Below, in pieces: positions 1 to 9,760 of a stretch of 64,000 nucleotides of DNA. Positions within the stretch are counted from its first letter, which is position 1. Each line of letters opens with the position of its first letter. This DNA is from an uncultured Dehalococcoidales bacterium (GTDB lineage Bacteria > Chloroflexota > Dehalococcoidia > GIF9 > UBA5629). Under the pieces are notes generated by a model. It did not search any database and was not told the origin of the DNA. It worked only from the letters and a program-made list of their open reading frames with translations. The stretch covers positions 12,543 through 76,542 of the forward strand of contig CAZJID010000001.1 in the NCBI GenBank assembly GCA_964545945.1, in the 5' to 3' direction. A program made the position numbers and the translations under genes.

Positions 1-900
1 GGTTTTATCTCCTCCACTGTGCAGCCCAGCTCCTTGAAGCTGAAGGCTGCCTTCCGGCTAATCTCGAGTACCTGCCCGTCCACGGGGAAGCCGCCGCCGA
101 GGTCGGAGCAGAAGGCCAGGCGCAGACCTTTGATATCACCCTTCATATCTTTCTGAAATTTTCCCGGATACTGAGGCAGCGAAACAGCGTCGTAAATCGA
201 AGGGCCGGCCATGACATCCAGAATAAGCGCGTTATCCTCTACCGTCCGGGAAAGCACGCCCTCATGATTTATCGTTTCCCAGCCGGGCAAATGGGGATAA
301 ATGGGTACCCTGCCGAAGGTTGGCTTGAGGCCGAACACGCCACAGAAGCTTGAAGGGATCCTTATGGAGCCGGCGCCGTCGTTGCCGTGTGCCACCGGGC
401 ACAGTCCGGCTGCTACAGCAGCTCCGGCGCCGCCGCTGGAACCGCCCGATGTCCTTTTTAAATTCCAGGGGTTTACCGTTTTGCCGAATATCAGGTTATC
501 TGTAATGCCAACCAGTCCGAACTCCGGCATGTTTGTTTTGCCGAATATGACGGCACCGGCATTCTTTAAACGCTCCACCAGAATGGCATCCCTATCCGGC
601 ACGAAATTTTCGTACAGTCTGGAGCCAAACGTTGTCCTGACGCCTTTGGTGAAAACGTTGTCCTTGATAGGAATCGGCACGCCTTCCAGAGGCCTAGGGG
701 TTCCCTTCTGAAAGGCTTTTTCGGACTCATCGGCTGCTGACACAGCCATGTCATCGGTCCTGGTAACGACGGCATTTATTTTGGGGTTTATCTCGTCGAT
801 TCTTGTCAGCAACGCTTTAACCACTTCAACCGGTGAAAGCTGCTTTTTCCTGTAAGCGGATAAAAGCTCGACGGCCGACATCCAGCAGATTTCAGACATG
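1..900 (-). CDS. Amidase-signature enzyme (GatA-like amidase), 3' end outside window; N-terminal 20 codons are in a different frame from the rest (apparent frameshift near 840)
   Basis: Reverse-strand translation from ATG 898-900 gives MSEICWMSAVELLSAYRKKQ then a stop. The +1 frame continues LSPVEVVKALLTRIDEINPK and later the amidase signature GGSSGGAGAAVAAG (405-446). A GGGGGTG RBS precedes the ATG. Confidence 0.6.
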
Positions 901-970
901 ACCACACCCCCTTGTGAAGATTACACCAGTATAACCGTCGACCACAAGCGCGTCAAAATTGATTGAATTG

Positions 971-2875
971 CTATTCTGGCTTCTTAGCTTCTGAAACGGG
1001 AACCAAACTTGGTGGTGATAGTTTGACGACGGCGTTGTATTCGGGGGGACAGAGGAGGAGACAGCTACCGCATTTAGTGCACTTGGTCTGATCGATTACC
1101 TTTATACCCTTCTCATTGGTGGTAATGGCTTTCACCGGACAGGACAGGACGCAGTGCTCGCAGGCCCGCTCGCATTTTTCGGGAAGTATATAATAGGCGA
1201 TCAGCTCTTTGCACACCAGCGCCGGACATCGCTTTTCGACGATGTGAGCTTCATACTCATCACGAAAATACTTAATAGTGGTCAGTATGGGGTTGGCGGC
1301 GGTTACTCCCAAACCGCATAGCGAGCCGCCCTTGATATCTTCTCCCAACTCAACCAGCAGGTCCAGGTCCTCCATCTTGCCTTTGCCGGTGGTTATATCT
1401 TCCAGTATGTCGAGCATCTGCCTGGTGCCGATGCGGCAGGTGGAACATTTGCCGCAGGACTCTTTTTGAGTGAAATCGAGGAAGAATTTCGCGGTGTCGA
1501 CCATGCAGTTGTCCTGGTCCATCGTTATAACGCCGCCAGAGCCCATTATGGCACCGGCCTGGCGCAGCGAATCGAAATCCACCGGCGTTTTGAGCATGTT
1601 CTCCGGCAAACAGCCACCGGAAGGCCCGCCAATCTGCACTGCTTTAAAGGTCTTATCGCCCTGTATGCCGCCGCCGATATCATAAATAAGCTCGTGTAGC
1701 GTGGTGCCCATAGCAACCTCGGCGAGGCCGGTATTCACGGTCTTTCCGGCCAGCGCAAAGACGGCCGTCCCCTTGCTACGCTCGGTGCCGATGGCGGAAA
1801 ACCAATCCGCGCCCCGACCCAATATCAATGGAACATAGGCATAGGTCTTGACATTGTTAAGCACGGTTGGTTTGCCCCATAGGCCGGCCTCCACCGAATG
1901 GGGCGGTCTCGGTCGGGGCATACTCCGTCTGCCTTCGATGGCATACATGAGTGCTGTCGATTCCCCTGAGACAAAGGCGCCGGCGCCCTGGACTATTTCT
2001 ATATCAAAATCAAAACCACTATCCAGAATATTATCGCCCAGCAGCCCCAGATCTCTGGCCTGCTCCAGCGCAATTCTCAGCCGCTCGACAGCCAGCGGAT
2101 ACTCGGCACGAATATATACAAAGCCGTTATGAGCGCCGACGGCGTACGCGGCGATAATCATGCCTTCTATGACCTGCTGCGGGTCGCTTTCAAGTACTAC
2201 CCGGTCCATGAAGGCACCAGGGTCACCTTCATCGGCGTTACAGATAATGTATTTGGTTTCTCCCGGCGCTTCGCGGCACTGCTGCCACTTCCTGCCCGTG
2301 GGGAAACCGGCACCACCGCGGCCCCTGAGGCCAGATTTCTTTATCTCGTCGATTATGTCATCAGACGTCATCTTTAGAGCTTTATTCAGGCTGACGTAGC
2401 CGCCATTGGCGATATAGTGATTGATATTTACCGGGTCTATATAGCCGCAGTTGCGCAGCAGCAGTCGGTGCTCATGCTCGAACCTAATAAGTTCGGGGAT
2501 ATTAACCGCCTCGCCGTCGCCGCCGTCAAGTGTACCCAGTGCCAGTTCAAGGCAGGGGTCATCACCCAGTATATAGCCCTCCACCAGCGTGGGCACAGCC
2601 TGTGGAGCCACATTGTTATAGCAAACAGTGAAAGAGCCCGGCTTGATTATAGTCACCAGCGGTTCCAGGGAGCAAAGCCCGATGCAGCCGACCTCCGTAA
2701 CCTTAGCCGCTGCCTTTGCCTTCGCCAGCTCTCTTTTAAAAGCCTCGACGACCGGCAAAGCGCCGGCAGCGCGCCCGCAGCTCGCCGTGCCGATAAATAT
2801 ATGCGGGGCTTCGCCATGATAGCCGGCGTCCCAGTCCGCCTTCGCCTGTTTCTGAATTTCTTCAAAGGTCATCAT
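971..2875 (-). CDS. NuoF/HydB/HndC-like NADH-binding flavoprotein with N-terminal thioredoxin-like 2Fe-2S domain and C-terminal 2x[4Fe-4S] ferredoxin domain
   Basis: GAGAFVSGESTALMYAIEG FMN/NADH motifs; C-x4-C N-terminal domain; two CxxCxxCxxxCP motifs at C-terminus; 634 aa. Confidence 0.85.
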   Translation of the reverse strand: MMTFEEIQKQAKADWDAGYHGEAPHIFIGTASCGRAAGALPVVEAFKRELAKAKAAAKVTEVGCIGLCSLEPLVTIIKPGSFTVCYNNVAPQAVPTLVEGYILGDDPCLELALGTLDGGDGEAVNIPELIRFEHEHRLLLRNCGYIDPVNINHYIANGGYVSLNKALKMTSDDIIDEIKKSGLRGRGGAGFPTGRKWQQCREAPGETKYIICNADEGDPGAFMDRVVLESDPQQVIEGMIIAAYAVGAHNGFVYIRAEYPLAVERLRIALEQARDLGLLGDNILDSGFDFDIEIVQGAGAFVSGESTALMYAIEGRRSMPRPRPPHSVEAGLWGKPTVLNNVKTYAYVPLILGRGADWFSAIGTERSKGTAVFALAGKTVNTGLAEVAMGTTLHELIYDIGGGIQGDKTFKAVQIGGPSGGCLPENMLKTPVDFDSLRQAGAIMGSGGVITMDQDNCMVDTAKFFLDFTQKESCGKCSTCRIGTRQMLDILEDITTGKGKMEDLDLLVELGEDIKGGSLCGLGVTAANPILTTIKYFRDEYEAHIVEKRCPALVCKELIAYYILPEKCERACEHCVLSCPVKAITTNEKGIKVIDQTKCTKCGSCLLLCPPEYNAVVKLSPPSLVPVSEAKKPE

Positions 2876-2969
2876 AAAACTTTTTCTTAAGCGTCCGCCA
2901 AATGCGATCGGAGCATCTTCTCAAATCAACCCAATTTAATATGTAGCCCCGAGGCTTTAGCCTTGGGAG

Positions 2970-2989
2970 CCCGACCCTAAAGGGTCGGG
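2970..2989 (-). other. GC-rich 8-bp stem / 4-nt loop hairpin (cccgaccc-taaa-gggtcggg), second of two stem-loops in the 130-nt spacer between the nuoE-like and nuoF-like genes
   Basis: Perfect inverted repeat seen directly; adjacent weaker hairpin at about 2947-2969; no T-run. Confidence 0.5.
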
Positions 2990-3005
2990 ACTACGTTTGT
3001 TTCCT

Positions 3006-3497
3006 TTATTGCTTTTCGGGCTTTTCCCCACCGGCGGGTTTAATAGTAACCAGCATCTCTTCCACCTTCGGTGGCGTCATCCTGGGATAAACTTCATCGT
3101 TAACCACCACCACGGGAGCCAGAGCACAGCAGCCAACACAGGCTACCCTGTCCAGGCTGAAATCATGGTCAGGTGTAATGCCTCCTACATCGACATCGAG
3201 CTCGCGGGCCATCGCCTCCAGCACCAGCCGGCCACCTGCCAGATGACAGGCGGTTCCCATGCAAACTTTTACAGCGTGCTTGCCCAGGGGTGTAAAGCGG
3301 AACTGGTTATAAAAAGTAGCGATGCCGTACACCCTGCTTTCCGGAATCTCCAGAAAACCAGCGATGGCCAGCATCGCCTCCTTCGAAATATAGCCGAACT
3401 TACGTTGTACCTGCTGCAGAAGGTATATTAAATGGCGTCGATCTCTCTTCCCCTCAGTCAGAATGTCTTTCAGTTCACTCGTCAGTTCTGCTGCCAC
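3006..3497 (-). CDS. NuoE/HydC-like thioredoxin-fold [2Fe-2S] ferredoxin subunit
   Basis: CMGTACHLAGG ... CVGCCALAPV motifs typical of NuoE/HoxE/HndA; 163 aa; overlaps the upstream acsC stop. Confidence 0.85.
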   Translation of the reverse strand: MAAELTSELKDILTEGKRDRRHLIYLLQQVQRKFGYISKEAMLAIAGFLEIPESRVYGIATFYNQFRFTPLGKHAVKVCMGTACHLAGGRLVLEAMARELDVDVGGITPDHDFSLDRVACVGCCALAPVVVVNDEVYPRMTPPKVEEMLVTIKPAGGEKPEKQ

Positions 3498-4852
3498 TTC
3501 TTCACCAGGCCAGGTAAGTAAGCCGGTATCTCACTGGCTTCTCTGGGACCGACTATGATTTCCCAGCCGGGCAACGCCTCTTCTAGCTCGCCCTTAATGC
3601 GTGCTACCTTGCCAGGTATGACCAGTCTCTTGTGTTTTACCCTGTCTTCGATACCTGATTTCTTGACGAACGGGCCTATCGAATCGCCGGAGAACTTGCC
3701 GGCAGCCCAGCCGGTAAGTACACCAAGCCCTTCGGTGTCCTTAACCAACAACCAGGACGGAACTTTACTGCCCTCGATCTCTCCCGACACAATGAAGTAA
3801 GTCAAAGCCCAATTACTTGTAACTAGAACCGGTGATTCTTCGTTCGGCTCTAGGACCTCGTAAAGCTTCTCCTCCACTGACATAGGTATGCGCGGGTCGG
3901 TATAGATATTCAACCTGTGTACCAGCAATGGTAGCAATGAGTATTTATCGAAGTCGGACAGTACGATAACGCCGGGAAATTTTATTACAAACATAGCCGC
4001 CAGCAGGACCTGCCTGATTTCATCCTTGCCGATAAAACAGGGGAAGCCGATAGTGGGATAACCCAGTGGCCTGAAGTTCTGCTTCAGAGCAGCACGACGG
4101 ATGAGCGTCTGGTCCCTGATGGCTTCCTGTATATTCTTGGCTATGGGGTCAAGCACAATTTCTTCCAGGCCGGCTTCCTTAAGCTTGGTGGTCAACGGTA
4201 TAAGCTCTTCCACGCTGTTGGCCTTGGCCACCACAGGAGTTGGAGAGCTCTTTATTCCGGCGATTATTTTATCGATATTATCTTTGGTAACCGCATACAG
4301 CAGCGGTTTTCTGTCACCGCATATATTCTTTGCCGAAAGCAGCACATCAACATCTTCGGACATTAATACCAGTGGTAAATTCGTGCTGTCGCAGACTTTC
4401 TTAACCAGCGCTTCGAATTTGGCTTTGTCGCCCGATTCGAAGTGCAGCGCTAAAACGTTCGCCTCCAGAGTAATCCCCACCCATGGGAACTGCAGTTCTT
4501 TTATCTTATTCAGTTTCTCTTCAATCTTGGCATCGGCTTCTTCGTCCGAGATAAGCAGGGCAATGCCCGGCTGATGGACAAAGGTCTTCTCGTGCCTGTA
4601 TACCACTTCCTCACCACCGATGACCAGGGCATTTTTACCGGAACCGATGGTTACGGGCTTAATTGGCGGTGCCAGGGCCTCTTCCAACTCTGCCTTAACT
4701 TCGGCGGATATATACGTGCATTTTTCCAGCGCGACGCCGCCGGAAGCCAGCTTCATAGCGAAGGCAAAACAGGTAGGAAAACCGCACTCGCGGCAGTTCT
4801 TCTTGCCTCCCTCGGGAAGCTTCTTTACAATATCGGTCCCTTTTAGCGCCAT
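3482..4852 (-). CDS. acsC: Corrinoid iron-sulfur protein large subunit (CODH/ACS gamma subunit)
   Basis: N-terminal CRECGFPTCFAFAMKLA [4Fe-4S] motif characteristic of AcsC/CdhE; 456 aa. Confidence 0.85.
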   Translation of the reverse strand: MALKGTDIVKKLPEGGKKNCRECGFPTCFAFAMKLASGGVALEKCTYISAEVKAELEEALAPPIKPVTIGSGKNALVIGGEEVVYRHEKTFVHQPGIALLISDEEADAKIEEKLNKIKELQFPWVGITLEANVLALHFESGDKAKFEALVKKVCDSTNLPLVLMSEDVDVLLSAKNICGDRKPLLYAVTKDNIDKIIAGIKSSPTPVVAKANSVEELIPLTTKLKEAGLEEIVLDPIAKNIQEAIRDQTLIRRAALKQNFRPLGYPTIGFPCFIGKDEIRQVLLAAMFVIKFPGVIVLSDFDKYSLLPLLVHRLNIYTDPRIPMSVEEKLYEVLEPNEESPVLVTSNWALTYFIVSGEIEGSKVPSWLLVKDTEGLGVLTGWAAGKFSGDSIGPFVKKSGIEDRVKHKRLVIPGKVARIKGELEEALPGWEIIVGPREASEIPAYLPGLVKKWQQN

Positions 4853-4873
4853 AGAAATACCTCCTAGCTCATT

Positions 4874-6100
4874 CTATACGGGAAGCTCAACTTCGCCCTT
4901 GACCCACGGATGACCTACCTTGTCCAGGTAGGCAACCAGTTCATCGACGTTCTTAACATCGTCTTCGGTAGCTATCTTATCGTATACGTCCGCGGGTATG
5001 GCATCCTTATATCTTTCCTTGATCTCCTTGGGCATCCACACGCAGCGCTTGAGGCCGCCATCGGCGATAAGGAACTTAGGTGACCTCAGATACTCGAGAG
5101 CCATTCCCAGAAAGCCCTCTACCTGCCGCCCACCGCTGGTATCCGCCGCCATGGTTGAGAACGGCACTCCCACTACCGTCGGCCCGGCGAAATCTCTGTG
5201 TACCAGACCAAAAGCGTCGACTTCTGGAATATAGAACCATATCGCCTGGAAGCAGCCGCACGATGTATGCGGATGCTCGAATGCGCTGTGAAGGAAGACC
5301 CGGTCATAAGTTCCCATAGACTTTACAGCACCCAATTGGTTGCAGCCCACATATTCGCCCCTTATCGGGTCGACGCATTCGCCTTTCTTCACTTCTTGCA
5401 CCGGCCCCTCTGGGTCCAGCTTATAGGCAGCCCTGCCGTCGAACCAGCTGATGGCTCCGCAGTTAGCGATCCTTTCCGGTGTAGCGATGCAGATATGGGT
5501 CGGAGCGAAGCTCTGACAAAGGGCGCAGCTATAAAACTCCTCTACGTCCTCTTCTTTCAGGCCTCTGGCCCGTTCGTCTCTTGCCTTATATATTTCCCGG
5601 GCCTTGGCCAGCTCTTCCTCGACTTTCTTTTCGTCGGTAATGAAAGTGATAGATATCTTTTCGATAACATCCAGCTCGGATGTATATAGGAACATCAAAA
5701 TCTGGCCAATGGCTTCAAAGGAGTCGAGCCCTTTACCGAAGGAATCTTTGTTCAACCTCATCCAGATTTCGTCTCTCTGGTTCATATGATAGAGGCCCTC
5801 TATGTAGTTGGCATAAAGGTGCATTCTTCTTTCGAAGACCGGCTCCATATCTTTCTCAAGTTTGGCGCCGGCCACGTCGATCATCAGACCAAGTGGATAG
5901 CTCTCACCCTCTTTCATGTCTTTAATATCCGGGCCGATGACCTCAATCTTCTGGTCCTCGATTTCATCAGGATTTTTCAGAGTGACCAACTCGAATTTGC
6001 TTTTCACATTCGGTCCACCGAACTCAACATATAAGTCGGCTTTCCTGATTACTTCACCTTCATACTGAGGTCCAACATCTACCGGAAAAATTCCTGCCAT
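4874..6100 (-). CDS. cdhC: Acetyl-CoA synthase (decarbonylase/synthase beta subunit), archaeal short type
   Basis: Length 408 aa with no bacterial AcsB N-terminal domain; conserved A-cluster region SCGCFQ and CALCQSFAPTHICIATPERIANCGAISWFDGRAA; co-linear with archaeal CdhC as I recall it. Confidence 0.85.
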   Translation of the reverse strand: MAGIFPVDVGPQYEGEVIRKADLYVEFGGPNVKSKFELVTLKNPDEIEDQKIEVIGPDIKDMKEGESYPLGLMIDVAGAKLEKDMEPVFERRMHLYANYIEGLYHMNQRDEIWMRLNKDSFGKGLDSFEAIGQILMFLYTSELDVIEKISITFITDEKKVEEELAKAREIYKARDERARGLKEEDVEEFYSCALCQSFAPTHICIATPERIANCGAISWFDGRAAYKLDPEGPVQEVKKGECVDPIRGEYVGCNQLGAVKSMGTYDRVFLHSAFEHPHTSCGCFQAIWFYIPEVDAFGLVHRDFAGPTVVGVPFSTMAADTSGGRQVEGFLGMALEYLRSPKFLIADGGLKRCVWMPKEIKERYKDAIPADVYDKIATEDDVKNVDELVAYLDKVGHPWVKGEVELPV

Positions 6101-6104
6101 TTTA

Positions 6105-6659
6105 TTATGCCTCCTTGCTATTTAAATTTATTATAAGATTATCCAGAAATTCCTTCCATTGCTCGTCCTGCGCCAGGTTCGGAAGGGAATAACTGGCGTT
6201 GGGATAGTAGAACTTGCATAAAGTCATGGTCTTCAGATGCGGTGCAAAGTGCTTCAGTGTCGACAAGCCCTGCTCGCCGAGGTCGGTCCTGAAGCCGAGG
6301 AACATCACCAGGTCGTGATTGCCCTCCTTCTTAACTCCCATCCAGTCCGGGTCTTTTAGATGATTTATTATCTCAGCAATATCATAGCTGCTGGCCGGTT
6401 CAACGCCCAGTTCGAGCAACTTTTTCTTGGTGTGAGCCGTGGCGCATATAGGTATATCACGCGTTTTAGCCAGTTCCACGCCGTATTCGATAAGCGATTT
6501 CTCGCCCAGAGTAGTTCTCAATACCAGCATGCCCAGCACCAGGAGAGGTCTCTCAGCCCGCTTGATCATGTCGGCACACTCACGGTAATCTTCGATCACC
6601 GTTGCCTGCTGCGTGCCGGTTAATATGTTAACTCTATGATACGGCAAAATCGCTGTCAT
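6105..6659 (-). CDS. cdhB: CODH/ACS epsilon subunit
   Basis: 184 aa; ERPLLVLG, IPICATA, DPDWMG and FLGFRTD blocks are similar to archaeal CdhB; sits between cdhA and cdhC as in archaeal cdh operons. Confidence 0.65.
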   Translation of the reverse strand: MTAILPYHRVNILTGTQQATVIEDYRECADMIKRAERPLLVLGMLVLRTTLGEKSLIEYGVELAKTRDIPICATAHTKKKLLELGVEPASSYDIAEIINHLKDPDWMGVKKEGNHDLVMFLGFRTDLGEQGLSTLKHFAPHLKTMTLCKFYYPNASYSLPNLAQDEQWKEFLDNLIINLNSKEA

Positions 6660-6671
6660 AATAAAACCTCC

Positions 6672-7367
6672 TCATGTTACCTTAGCAGTTTTAATAGCTT
6701 CTTCCGTCGCCAGCTTGGTCATAAGACCGGCGCGGTGCATTAAAGTGTCTTCGAATTCCTGGTCCATCACCATCGTCGACAGGCACGGGTACTGGTGATG
6801 AAGAAGTCCGGCCTTCTCTACAGCATCCCTTCCCCAGATCCCGACCAGACCATCAGCCACATACGGACTGCAGCCGCAGGGAGAGCCCCTGCCAACGGTA
6901 ACTCGCTTTACTTTATCTCCGTCAAGCTCGATATCAAATTCCGGCTTACCGAAATATTTGGTAAACTCCAGGATAAACTGGTTCTGGCTATCTTTCTCCG
7001 AGAGAGTGCAGAACGGCACGGGATAAACCATATCCACTCCCATCGATTCCAGTTTACGATTAACTTGCTTGGCCAGTCCGGGCGGGAACCAGGTGCGGTT
7101 GTCCGCCGGAGCGATAACTGCCTCGGCTCCGCTTTTTTTCACTATATCGGGAATCATCTGAGCCACTCCCGGATGCTCGCCCAGGGATATCAACAGGTCG
7201 GCCGCCGGCAACTCTTTAGGCAGAAAATCGTCGGCGTCATCGATTATTGCCGGCAACGCCTGCGGAAAGGTGAATGAATACACCTTCCATCCTGCCGGAC
7301 CGCAATTTCTTATGTTGTCGGCAATTCTCTGGCCGTAATGGCCTTGAATAACTACCAGAATTCGCAT
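6672..7367 (-). CDS. Conserved hypothetical protein embedded in the cdh operon (Cys-rich: PCGCSPY, YPCLS); candidate accessory/maturation factor
   Basis: 231-aa ORF tightly packed between cdhA and cdhB (20 nt and 12 nt gaps); no P-loop, so not CooC/AcsF. Confidence 0.55.
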   Translation of the reverse strand: MRILVVIQGHYGQRIADNIRNCGPAGWKVYSFTFPQALPAIIDDADDFLPKELPAADLLISLGEHPGVAQMIPDIVKKSGAEAVIAPADNRTWFPPGLAKQVNRKLESMGVDMVYPVPFCTLSEKDSQNQFILEFTKYFGKPEFDIELDGDKVKRVTVGRGSPCGCSPYVADGLVGIWGRDAVEKAGLLHHQYPCLSTMVMDQEFEDTLMHRAGLMTKLATEEAIKTAKVT

Positions 7368-7387
7368 AGATTCTATAATTAAGCTCC

Positions 7388-9694
7388 TTAGTGCACGACC
7401 GATTCTATCGGCACTTCAGACGGATAGGTACCTATCAACGTCGGAAGCGTTAAAACCGGTTTCTCCTTCCATCCGACTTTCTCCAGATAAGCCGCTACTT
7501 CTTTCTTAAAGAAGATCGGAATATCAGAGGTCTTTCTAACATACAGGTGCAGGTCGTCAGGAAGGCCACCCATATATTGCTTATGCAGCGAGATATAGTG
7601 GGTCAACTTCAACTGTCGCCCTTGAGGAGTATCGTTTTTCCTGATGCACAGTTTAGCCATGGTGATTATCGCTCTCTCTTTGGATTCCACCACGGTAATC
7701 AAGTGCTCGGGGGACGGCTCTTCCGTATTTACGAGTTTCTTTTCTCTGCCGTCCATCACCGTCCAGTCATCCTCCCCCTTGCGGCTTATGAATTGCCTTC
7801 TATACTTCGCGGAATGGGGGCCTAAGACCACCGGGATTCCCAGCCGGTTGCAGCCGGTGGCGATGGATGCCGCTTTCTGGGACATAGCCCCCCAGGCCAG
7901 ACCGCAGGCGCCTACTCTGTTCAAAACATAATCGGCTATGACTTCATAATTGCCCCTGAGAGGCAAAGCAGCGAAGATGTTGGCAATCTTCATAGCGGCG
8001 CCTGTGATATGAGCGTTGGACACGCACGAACCTATATTAAGGACTCCACCGGCATCAAAATTGGGTGGATATTTCTCATAAATTGTCTTGCCCTCTTTGT
8101 CCTTTTTCATCCCTGCGGCCATAGCCGAACAGCCGGTCAACACCACGATGTATTTTCTCTTGGCAAACTCTTCAGCTATGTCAGCCACCTCGCTGATTTC
8201 TTCGGGGAAGTTGGAGCAACCAACGATGGCAATCACCCCAGGTATAGTACCGAGAACAATCGGCGCTCCGACCTTTCTTATCTCCGTATCCATAACCGGT
8301 CCTCGCCCCGCCCTTACTTTCCACGTTTCACTACCGGCCACAGCCTGCATCATCCTGAAAATGGGCACATGATGAGGGCACTCCTGCTCACACTTGCCGC
8401 AGCCGATACATTTGCTGAACACCTCGGCCAATGGCTCCAGGTTGCCGTCCTTAGCCGCTTCGATGGCATCGCCAACCGGCAGCAGATTGGGGCAGACCTG
8501 GGTGCATAGATTACACAGCTCATGGTCCTTAGCCAACTCGGGCACCTGTTCAGGCGTCACAAGCTGTTTCTTCCTTTTCGGCGCCAGTTCCATGGCAACC
8601 TTGACCGCAGCCTCAGCCGCCTTATCCGGGTCGAAAATCAGCGCCTGTTTGCCCTCAAGCATATCGTTTATGATTTCGCTGGTTTCTTTCTTAGTATAAT
8701 CATCAAGGCCGTAGCACGCTTTATCTGTGGTAGCTATCAAAGCGGTGCCCACCTTGGCAGCTTCTATAGCGATATCCGTCCTTATACATTGCTCGTCGGT
8801 GACGATGACATCAGCAAAACCTGTCCGGACGAAGTAAAGCTGGCGAGACAACGGACCTACTATCTTGGCCCTTTCACTATACCTCGTCACCTCCAGGGCA
8901 GTGCAACAAATACCGCCAACCTCAACCTTATCCTGCAAGCCATTGGCGTTTATATAATCAACAATTGGTACAGCGGTGACTGGATTATGACCTACTAAAA
9001 GAATAGTTGGTTTCGTTTTGTCAATCGACCCCCAGCCCATGTCCACCAGGGGAGTCTCAGCTACGGATGTTGGGAAGCCGAAACCTACAATCTCTGCAAT
9101 ATCGCAGACCTCCATACCCACATGGTCTAGCATCGAAGCATGGAGAGCCTTAGACTCATAGTCCAGGGAAGAACCCTCCTGTCCAGTATGCAGTGAGGAG
9201 ATAAGATGTATAAGCTGGCTCTCCATATACTCAAGAGCTTTCTCCAGATCACCCAGAGTTTCCGGCTTCATTCCCAGTACTGTCCTTATATGTGGCGCTT
9301 CAACACCTATCTGGTCTCCAAGGTTAATCGGGTAGTCTCGGCCATATTTTTCAATCAAATAATGAAGCACATGGCGGCCATGCCCACCGTGAGCCGACAT
9401 TCCCATGCAGCATGCCAGAAGCACAACCCTGGCCTGCTGGGCCGAAATATCGATGCCGCAAGCCCCTCTTTTATCACCCGTTAGGTCGCATTTGCCGTAA
9501 GTACAGAAGCAACATAGATCACACATGGGTGCGTAGAGCGGTTTATAGGTCTTCATCAGCCGCATATCCCAGTTTCTCAAATCGGGGATCTCAGGCATCG
9601 GGGTATGACCTACGGGTTCCCATTTATCCTCCGCCCGTATTATTTCGTCGACCGTGTCTTTCCGCGTATGTTTCTTTTTCGCTACTACAGCCAT
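7388..9694 (-). CDS. cdhA: Carbon monoxide dehydrogenase catalytic subunit, archaeal CdhA type with inserted 2x[4Fe-4S] ferredoxin domain
   Basis: PMCDLCCFCTYGKCDL, GACGID and HGGHGRHVLHYL blocks match the archaeal CdhA N-terminus; CIGCGKCEQECP ferredoxin insert; 768 aa. Confidence 0.9.
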   Translation of the reverse strand: MAVVAKKKHTRKDTVDEIIRAEDKWEPVGHTPMPEIPDLRNWDMRLMKTYKPLYAPMCDLCCFCTYGKCDLTGDKRGACGIDISAQQARVVLLACCMGMSAHGGHGRHVLHYLIEKYGRDYPINLGDQIGVEAPHIRTVLGMKPETLGDLEKALEYMESQLIHLISSLHTGQEGSSLDYESKALHASMLDHVGMEVCDIAEIVGFGFPTSVAETPLVDMGWGSIDKTKPTILLVGHNPVTAVPIVDYINANGLQDKVEVGGICCTALEVTRYSERAKIVGPLSRQLYFVRTGFADVIVTDEQCIRTDIAIEAAKVGTALIATTDKACYGLDDYTKKETSEIINDMLEGKQALIFDPDKAAEAAVKVAMELAPKRKKQLVTPEQVPELAKDHELCNLCTQVCPNLLPVGDAIEAAKDGNLEPLAEVFSKCIGCGKCEQECPHHVPIFRMMQAVAGSETWKVRAGRGPVMDTEIRKVGAPIVLGTIPGVIAIVGCSNFPEEISEVADIAEEFAKRKYIVVLTGCSAMAAGMKKDKEGKTIYEKYPPNFDAGGVLNIGSCVSNAHITGAAMKIANIFAALPLRGNYEVIADYVLNRVGACGLAWGAMSQKAASIATGCNRLGIPVVLGPHSAKYRRQFISRKGEDDWTVMDGREKKLVNTEEPSPEHLITVVESKERAIITMAKLCIRKNDTPQGRQLKLTHYISLHKQYMGGLPDDLHLYVRKTSDIPIFFKKEVAAYLEKVGWKEKPVLTLPTLIGTYPSEVPIESVVH

Positions 9695-9760
9695 TATATT
9701 AATCTCCTTTCAGCAGGCTATTTATCAGAATTATAATACTATTAGGAATAGTTATCAATA

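Noticed and set aside
301-775. ORF-track entries 301-711(+) and 566-775(-)
   Set aside because: Both lie inside the amidase gene, in other frames or on the other strand, and give low-complexity Pro/Ala-rich translations. The amidase-signature frame is the coding one.
1278-2890. Multiple plus-strand ORFs (1278-1469, 1466-1699, 1848-2132, 2129-2377, 2417-2890 and others) antisense to the nuoF-like gene
   Set aside because: Antisense to a strongly conserved flavoprotein gene; GC-rich coding regions commonly produce long antisense ORFs; no recognisable motifs.
3555-6034. Plus-strand ORFs 3555-3800, 4101-4574, 4574-4846, 4998-5234, 5080-5319, 5198-5689, 5604-5789, 5680-5925 and 5786-6034 antisense to acsC and cdhC
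   Set aside because: Antisense or out of frame relative to conserved CODH/ACS genes; no recognisable motifs.
7547-9702. Plus-strand ORFs 7547-7825, 7644-7931, 8009-8509, 8088-8372, 8394-8699, 8522-8998, 9206-9484 and 9412-9702 antisense to cdhA
   Set aside because: Antisense to the conserved cdhA gene; no recognisable motifs.
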